NCBI GenBank assembly: GCA_002269645.1
Contig: NIVC01003049.1
Location: 41,308 to 105,307, forward strand
Source of the DNA: Macrostomum lignano
Taxonomy: Eukaryota
DNA: 64,000 nucleotides
Reading direction: 5' to 3'
In this document: positions 1-64,000 of the stretch, in pieces
How the letters are laid out: each line of letters starts with the position of its first letter
Numbering within the stretch: the stretch's first letter is position 1
Notes under the pieces: model-generated
Seen by the model: only the letters and a program-made list of their open reading frames with translations
Told to the model about the DNA's origin: nothing
Databases searched by the model: none
Translations under genes and position numbers: made by a program

Positions 1-767
1 CCTGCAGAACAGTCTTGTATGCAGCTGCATTGAGGCAATAGCCTTGCACAAATCACACAGGCGGCATGACTACACCATTGGAGGCCACAACACCAAGCAT
101 CATGACTGAGGTAGGGTGCTTGGTGGTGGGCATGCACCAACCTGCTCTGTCATCATTGCTGAAGCTAACAAATCAATCGTTCTGCTTATTAAAAATGGGA
201 TCCACAGTAAGTCTTTTCATCCGAGAAAATCAAGATTCCTCCCCCCGAACTCTTCAAGCTATTCAGCAATTTTCTTAAGCACTCCTGACAAACCTCTCGC
301 TGCCAATCAGTCAGCAGTGGCCGTTCTATTCGACGGAGAGAAGTGCCACCAGCCTTCTTCACAGCTCTGGACACAGTTGATTTGCAAACTCCAGCCGCCT
401 TGGCCACGTCGGACATTTTGGCCAGTGGGTTCGCGGTGAAGATCTGCTTGACTTCTTTCAAGTCCAATTTTGCAGGCCTTCCAGATCCTGGCTGTCTCTC
501 CAGGCCTTTACCTTCTTCCAGCCGCCTTCTGATGTCATAAACTGCCTGACGACTGATGCCAATTGAATGGGCAATGTCTGTCACTCAAGACCTGACACTC
601 TGTACCTTCTGGCTTCCATTTTTGTGGGCTATGGTCAAGTGTGGAAAGTTTTAGTAGCCACTGACTCTCAAGTTTATGCACGTTAAGGTGACACCAGAAT
701 TTATGCTGAAAAAGGTCATGCAATCTTTTTATAGTGAAAGTCTAAAGTGTTTTTTGCAACACCTTGG
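1..767 (-). mobile_element. Degenerate IS630-Tc1-mariner DNA transposon (5' part; runs off the window start), maT/DD37D-like
   Basis: ORF 189-584 has an N-terminal HTH (TDIAHSIGISRQAVYDIRRR...GSGRP) and the first catalytic motif IFSDEK. After a frameshift the minus strand reads TVDPIFNKQND*...TTKHPTSVMMLGVVASNGVVMPPV*...NAAAYKTVLQ, a typical Tc1/mariner core with stops. Original ATG probably at 619 (MEARRYRVS). Probable TIR end CCAAGGTGTTGCAAAAAAC finishes at 767 next to TA (768-769). Subfamily call is from remembered motifs only. Confidence 0.85.
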
Positions 768-1590
768 TATATTATAAATAATGTTGTTATTTTATAAATA
801 ATGTTGTTATTTTTTATTAGTAAAGTTAATTTCAAATTAAATGTAATTAAAAGTTGCATTCTATAAATTGTTCCTATCAACTTGTCTTTATTACCTCTAA
901 AGCTATGACTATCTATTATATATTTTGAGTATATATATGTTGCAGCATTTTTGCTTGTAACTCATATAATTGCAATATATTAAATTCAAACTGAAAATAT
1001 GTTTATTCTAATGAGTAGAAATGACAGTGAGTCGAATTTAAGGTTTTGATAAAGTGGGGTTAGCGATTTTCCCCTGGCTGAATCTCCCTGGTTTCTCCAA
1101 GTTATGCAATACTTTCTGGCTGTGATTGGCCCAGTTTTGAAAATGATAGGCATTAATTTCAATCATCTCGCACGATGTGGATCTTTTCCTAGCGCTTTGA
1201 TTAGCCGCCGCATCTTTACTTGGAAAGGAGACAGAAAATGCGTCTACAATTGATTTGCAAAGTCTAACTGATGGAAAAGGTTATGCAACATCCCTATGAC
1301 CTGCAAACCTTCGCGGCTATGGAGTTGATTGGCTAGATTTAAAAATCCATAATCTCAGAATCGCCTGGGGGCTTATGCCAGTCAAAAAACCGGAATTCGA
1401 GTTCCAACTGTCCTTATTGGTCCAGCTGGTCACTGGGCGCCATTGGAGGCCAATCAGCGGCGCGGCAGCCTTCCCACTCTAAAGTCTTCAGCACGCACCG
1501 GCGTCCAGCAGACTGTAGCTTCTGGAGTTCTATTTGCCGAGCTCTCTTTTCTTGGCCGTGTCACTCAAAGTTTTTTGGGGCCTGAAAAGC

Positions 1591-2883
1591 ATGGCTAAAG
1601 GCGTCAGCTTCAGTTCGGATACCCGCTTCAAGTCAAAGTCGGGCGCTGTCGACACCGCTGCCGCGGCGGGAGCTCCGGCTAGCGACGAGTCGGACGAGGA
1701 GGAAGCGATGGACGCCGACAGCGATGATCAGGCGGTGGAGGCGTCGGCGTCGCCTAAAAGGAACGGCAGGCGCGGCGTTGGCGGCAGCGGAGCTGGCGGT
1801 CCATCGCGTCATCAGCGGCGCCTGCAGCGCAGCTTCTCTTTGGTGCCGGAGCGCTTAGGCCGCTCAGGCCTGGGCGGCTCTTTCCAATCGCAGCGGCGCA
1901 TGCAGTTCTGCGAGGCCGCTATGCAAGCTCTGCTATTAGCATTAGTGGCCGTCACTTTTCCCTTCTCTTTCCTGGTCTGCCTGAAGGTCATCGCCCAGTA
2001 CGAGCGCGCCGTGGTGTTCAGATTCGGCCGGATCCTGAGCTCGGAGGCCAGCGGCCCGGGCCTGGTGTTCATCATGCCTTGCATGGACAGCATCAAGCGG
2101 GTGGACTTGCGCACTATGACATTCGACGTGCCAACCCAGGAGGTGCTGACGAAAGACTCGGTCACGGTGGCGGTTGACGCCGTTGTCTATTATCGAATAT
2201 TCGATCCGGTGATGTCGGTGGTCAACGTGGAGGATTCGAATCGCTCAACGAAGCTGCTGGCGCAGACTACGCTGAGGAACGTGCTGGGCACCGTCAGCCT
2301 CTACGAACTGCTGGCAGGTCGCGACGAGTCGGCAATAGTGATGCAGGAGACTCTTGACGCCGCCACCGACACCTGGGGCGTCAAGGTTGAGCGCGTTGAA
2401 ATCAAGGATGTCCGCCTGCCAACTCAGCTGCAGCGGGCAATGGCCGCCGAGGCGGAGGCGGCCCGCGAGGCTCGGGCAAAGGTGATCGCGGCTGAGGGCG
2501 AGCAGAAGGCCAGCAAAGCGCTGAAGGCGGCCGCCATCGAGCTGTCGGAGTGCAACGTGGCCCTGCAGTTGCGCTACTTGCAGACTCTGTGCAGCATCTC
2601 GGCTGAGAAGAATTCCACCATCATTTTTCCTTTGCCTATCGAACTGTTGAAATACTTTCAACAGCAGCAGCAGCCGCCGCCGGGACCAGACGGCGATAAG
2701 GATGATAGTGAAAGTGGTGATGAGGCGCCGAAGAAGCCCAGGTACACTGTGACGGATGCTGATCGGCGCCCTCATCTGCTGCAGCCGCACTGCGGCGGCT
2801 CACCTTCGAGCTGCAGCCGGCCCGTGACCGTCAGCTCGCCTAGTCGCAGTGCTTCAAGGACGAGCTTCGGCTCCGGCTGTTGA
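1591..2883 (+). CDS. STOM: Stomatin / band-7 (SPFH/PHB domain) membrane protein, MEC-2/stomatin-like, single exon
   Basis: First ATG at 1591 (the track start at 1534 is TTG). Hydrophobic hairpin LLLALVAVTFPFSFLVC, then YERAVVFRFGR, GPGLVFIMPCMD, VDLRT, EVLTKDSVTVAVDAVVYYRI, AQTTLRNVLG, WGVKVERVEIKDV, RAMAAEAEAAREARAKVIAAEGE, LQLRYLQTL, STIIFPLP. Stop TGA at 2881-2883. Family certain; exact orthologue not determined. Confidence 0.95.
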   Translation: MAKGVSFSSDTRFKSKSGAVDTAAAAGAPASDESDEEEAMDADSDDQAVEASASPKRNGRRGVGGSGAGGPSRHQRRLQRSFSLVPERLGRSGLGGSFQSQRRMQFCEAAMQALLLALVAVTFPFSFLVCLKVIAQYERAVVFRFGRILSSEASGPGLVFIMPCMDSIKRVDLRTMTFDVPTQEVLTKDSVTVAVDAVVYYRIFDPVMSVVNVEDSNRSTKLLAQTTLRNVLGTVSLYELLAGRDESAIVMQETLDAATDTWGVKVERVEIKDVRLPTQLQRAMAAEAEAAREARAKVIAAEGEQKASKALKAAAIELSECNVALQLRYLQTLCSISAEKNSTIIFPLPIELLKYFQQQQQPPPGPDGDKDDSESGDEAPKKPRYTVTDADRRPHLLQPHCGGSPSSCSRPVTVSSPSRSASRTSFGSGC

Positions 2884-3866
2884 ACTGAAAGGGTCGTCCT
2901 AGGACGATTTCCTGGCACGGGATCTAACTCTATAGTATAATAATTACTAATTATGCACTGTAAAGAACTTGTGACTCTTCGCGTTAGTCGCCGCAATGAC
3001 GATTCTGCCTTTATAAACTGATTAATGTCTCCGAAAGTTCGAGTTTTATACTAAGTTTTATTGTTACTTCATCGATTCGGGAGGTTCCCTCATTGTTGCA
3101 AAATTATCCTGAGTACCTGTACTATGTAATGTAGATTTTTTATTGATATTTACATTATATTAAGTATTTAGTGGTGTATCCTTAACAGGCGCAACTTTCC
3201 TTATGTTACGTAAGTGCGTTTTGCTCTTAAAATTGTCCTTGATGTCCTTGATTGATTCGGAAAAAGTACACTGGGCAATAAAATGTGGCTTGTGTTGCCT
3301 CCGCTAATTGTAAACGAGAGTTTTGGCTTGAGCTGGAGTTTACTGCTGAGTCCGTGCAACCCCCCGGTTTTGAATAGCCGTCTTCAACATTTTTATTACG
3401 AAGTGAAGCCCACTTCGATCAAGGTGCGCCGCCACCGACACTTGCATCTTATAACTGGCCTAGTGGGATCAGAAATGACCCGGCCGCTCATTAATTATCC
3501 AGCAGTGCTACCGCGCTATGGGGAAAGGAAAGAGGTGGGGCGATCTGGGGCGGTGCCGCCAACAAAGTAATAGATATAGGACATAATGGCAGCGAGTCCA
3601 GCTGACTGACTGACTGACTGCCATGCATCTTTCATGTCTGCTGGGAGGAGTAAGATGGAGATAGTTTGGATGCTGGGCAGTTGGTTGGAGGAGGGGGGAG
3701 GCTGGACGACTTGGCCCCATCTGGTTTGAAGCGCAGCAGTTCATCAAAGTCTGCGCACTGGCCATGCTTGCGCTCTGCTAAAATAACTTTTATTTTCGAT
3801 TGCTGTCTTGCTCGCCATTTTTTCTCTTCTAAAAAACTATTTTACTGCCAACTTTGCCGATTCCAG

Positions 3867-31306
<27,440 letters not shown>

Positions 31307-31800
31307 ATTAATTCATTCTGACGATGATTTCCAAGCAATACTACTAACAATGTTTGAATCAGTAGAAAGTAAGGCAAAGTCAGTCAATCAATGTTTTCTA
31401 ATTTGGGTACTGAAAATTAATATTCCATTAGCTTCTTATAAATTTTTTCTCTCACTAAGCTCTGCATTCAGACGCGTGGCAGTTTAATTTTACATGCCAA
31501 CAACAAATCAAAGGCATTTTTAGTTGCGGTGCCAAGTTCGAAGCATTATTAGCTAAATTATATAGCTTTGTTTTATGCCCATTGTTTGTGTGCATTTTTG
31601 TGTGTATTTATTTGCAAACTTATTTGTTGGTGCATTAATATTACTGCCGAATAAACTATTTTATTAATCCTCCTTATCTATTGCGCAGCTCGAAAATATG
31701 CAATTTGCTTAATTCTCTCAAATTAGTGTGCAACCCAAGCGTTGTCTCTATTTGTTTATTGATCCGTAGTTTCCATATTTATGCTCGGCAACTGAGCAGC

Positions 31801-32689
31801 TCAGCGCAGCGTCACGCCCAGCCTGTCAGCAAGCTGGAAACTCGTCTCATATGGCTCACTCGGCTGCGTGCTGTACACCAGCTGAGGCGGCGAGGTCACG
31901 CTGCCGTTGCCCCAGGAGGCAGAGCAGCTGTCGGTTATGTCGAGGGCCATCATGAGGCCGCGGTCGCTCGAGCAGCCGCCGTAAGCATAATTGATGAACC
32001 AGCGACGCTCAAATGTGCCCTTGACATGACCCCCGATGCTGAAGTGGTCGAAGGTCCTGCTGGCGAGGTCGGTGACGGGCCAGCTGGCCTTCAGCCGGTC
32101 CCGAGAGAACCAGTTGGTCCTGTTCAGCTCGTGAGGCGACGCCGAGAGGTCGAAGGTGACCTTCACGACGACAGAGGCGGCGACGGAGAGCTGGACGACG
32201 GCCTCCTTGAAGGTGAGCTTCGGCGCTATGGTGGGAAGCTGGTCGATGGCGCTGGCGCGGAACAGGTCGGGCAGGAGGCTGGCGGAGCTGGGCGCGCCCC
32301 GGACGGCGGAGTCGTTGCTGCGGCTCGGCGAGTCGACCAGGTCGAACGACTTGACGCCGACGCCCGCTCGGATGCTCAGCGACGTCGCAGGACACGAGGC
32401 AGCGGCCCCCTGCCGAGGCCGAGACGGGGCAGGCGGCGAAGTCGCCGCAGTCGGTCGGGCGACGCTCGCAGACGGCGGCGTCCCACGTGACCGACTCGCC
32501 CGCGGCGGCTCCCGTCGGCTGCGGCAGGTCCGGCCGGAAGCAGCCGCGGACGCCTTGGCTGCCGCTGGCGACTCGAACCGGCGGCTCGCAGGTCGAGGCG
32601 AACTGCGACTCCGTGAAGCAGCCGGGCTGTCCGGCGGCCAGCAGCAGCAGCAACGCGTTCACTCGAATGACGACCTGAGCAGCCGCCAT
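31801..32689 (-). CDS. Secreted protein: signal peptide, Cys-rich PAN/apple-like segment, C-terminal invertebrate 'WFSxxRL...FSIxG...RRWFINxxYGGCxxDxG' domain; frameshifted near 32380-32410
   Basis: ATG at 32689: MAAAQVVIRVNALLLLLAAGQPG, then C-x-C spacing AVCERRPTDCGDFAAC...GRCLVS. The second frame is open from about 32660 to the TGA at 31801 and reads LSIRAGVGVKSFDL...NRTNWFSRDRLKASW...FDHFSIGGH...RRWFINYAYGGCSSDRGLM. No intron is visible at the frame switch. AATAAA (minus) at 31755-31760. Confidence 0.65.
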
Positions 32690-33319
32690 TCAGTTTGATT
32701 TAATAGAGAAGGCAGCGAGTTCTACGAGATGCAGGGGAATCTGAGCAAGCTGAGGGGCTCTCCGGAGTTAATTTAAAGCATTCTGTCTGTTCCAATTGGG
32801 CAGTCATGGCAAACTGCTCCGCAGCTTCAACCACGGGATGGGGATCAATTAATTCTGAGCGGATTGAATCGCTTTGTTATTGTTAGAAAATTAAATGCTG
32901 CTGCTGGAGCCAGCATTAAAAGTTAATTTGATTGCAACGTCAGTAAGCCGGAATAAAGCGGAAACGGAATGCATACGGCCGGCCAGTTGGTGGTAAAGTT
33001 ACACTTCTGTAAAACCTGAGCCGTTGAAAACGCTACTGTGACAAAAATCGATAAAAAGTCACTGTGAACAACTCACTGGCGACTCTGGCGACTCTCTTGA
33101 CTTTTTCACGACTGACTGTAATGCGACGGAGAGGCGACTGTTGAGTCACGCCCGCATCATGGAAGTTATAGAATCGTTAAAGTCTCAAAAAGTCTCATGT
33201 TAGCGCCAAACTTTCTACTAACTCAAGTAGACTAAGTAGAGTTGTTATCAATCAGAAATGCGATTCTAATTCATAGAGTGACGCAGATGCGCTTTAGGCG
33301 CAACTCAGTGTTTCTATAG

Positions 33320-33905
33320 CCATCAGAAATCTCCCCTTCATCTCCTACCATCAGAAATCGCCCCTCATCTCCCGCCATCAGAAATCGCCCCTCATCTCCC
33401 GCCATCAGAAATCGCCCCTCATCTCCCGCCATCAGAAATCGCCCCTCATCTCCCGCCATCAGAAATCGCCCCTCATCTCCCGCCATCAGAAATCGCCCCT
33501 CATCTCCTACCATCAGAAATCGCCCCTTCATCTCCTACCATCAGAAATCGCCCATCATCTCCCACCATCAGAAATCTCCCCCTCATCTCCCACCATCAGA
33601 AATCGCCCCTCATCTCCCACCATCAGAAATCGCCCCTCATCTCCCACCATCAGAAATCGCCCCTCATCTCCCACCATCAGAAATCGCCCGCCATCAGAAA
33701 TCTCCCCCTCATCTCCCACCATCAGAAATCGCCCCTCATCTCCCACCATCAGAAATCGCCCCTCATCTCCCACCATCAGAAATCGCCCGCCATCAGAAAT
33801 CTCCCCCTCATCTCCCACCATCAGAAATCGCCCGCCATCAGAAATCTCCCTCCTCATCTCCCACCATCAAAAATCGCCCCCTCATCTCCCGCCATCAGAA
33901 ATCTC
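33320..33905. repeat. About 27-bp minisatellite (CCATCAGAAATCGCCCCTCATCTCCCG-type), intergenic
   Basis: Tandem units read directly. Confidence 0.93.
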
Positions 33906-34644
33906 CCTGTGGAGCGGCAATGCACGCCGGCAGTTGTGGCACCAGTAGATCTTGTGGTCCATTAGCAGAAATGAGATAATAAGACAATCGCAGTTTTTGC
34001 AGATGAGAAACGGAGATTCCACAGTTTTTGCTTCCAACACTTTCTACTTGAAATTGACAAATAAAAAAACAAATTCGAGTTTTTACACCAATAGAGCCGA
34101 ACGCGGGAGATTTACAAACTGTGTGCGAGGCTGCAGAATGAAGAATCAAAAAATGAAAAACGAAATTCAGAAATGGCTGTGAGCAGCAAAGGTAAAATTA
34201 ATATAATTTCACGTTAATAATGGAGTCGTTGAAAACACAATTAGCTTTGGCAACTCTGCAGGCTGCTAACATCTGGTGTGAAATCACTGCTCCCGAACTC
34301 GCGTCCGTCATATTATTGATTGAGTCTAATATATGGGGAGAGCGGGTGAGCGGTCACTGGGGAAGGTCATCTGAGGTCACACACACATTTAGAGAGAATC
34401 GGCGGGTTCATTGCACATAAGCAGTTACATTTCACTCAAATTTATGCAGTACTTAAGCAAGTGTACATCAGCAACGCTAGCGCGGTGTTGTGAGTAATTA
34501 ATAAAATGAGAATTTACTTTGAGTTCATCATGCGAACTGAAAACACACAGGGCCGGGCGGCGCAAGCGAGAGTTGAAGTCTACTCTGCGGGGATGCGTAT
34601 GTACATGGGGGGGCTCCGTGTCACCTGGGCGGGCTGATCATCAA

Positions 34645-63927
<29,283 letters not shown>

Positions 63928-64000
63928 TAAAAGAAGTAATCTGGCATTTTAAAGCTTGCAAATTAGTTTTACTATCAAGACAGTCAAATCGCTAATCAAA

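Noticed and set aside
1812-2790. Minus-strand ORFs overlapping stomatin
   Set aside because: GC-rich antisense shadows of a clear coding gene.
3180-3866. Candidate first exons for MadBub (donors at 3210, 3567, 3650)
   Set aside because: None gives an ATG-initiated phase-2 exon matching the 3867 acceptor; fits would need non-canonical GAG acceptors, so the start was left unresolved.

Overview
Eukaryotic (animal) genomic DNA. GC3-rich exons with poly-Q/poly-A tracts, GTGAG donors and introns filled with minisatellites suggest a free-living flatworm such as Macrostomum (inference from style only). Left to right: a degenerate Tc1/mariner transposon end (1-767, -); an intronless stomatin/SPFH gene (1591-2883, +); an 11+ exon Bub1/BubR1 'MadBub' spindle-checkpoint kinase (3867-31306, +; first exon unresolved); a frameshifted secreted protein (31801-32689, -); and a 17-exon Dscam-architecture receptor (34645-63630, -; 9 Ig-4 FN3-Ig-2 FN3-TM-cytoplasmic tail ending FTEV). 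One Dscam intron holds a decayed hAT-like transposase with a nested 295-bp MITE (14-bp TIR, 8-bp TSD) and two short LTR-like flanks. Both large gene models were built by hand; exon phases chain consistently except at two apparent 1-nt deletions. 24 of the 26 modelled introns carry tandem arrays of 4-59 bp units, and most long ORFs in the supplied track are translations of these arrays, not genes. No rRNA, tRNA or CRISPR array was found. The most novel-looking signals are in intron architecture: strand-biased G-rich arrays, inverted tracts around the Dscam Ig1 exon, arrays built from splice-site-like units, and a stop-free in-frame intron inside the kinase domain.
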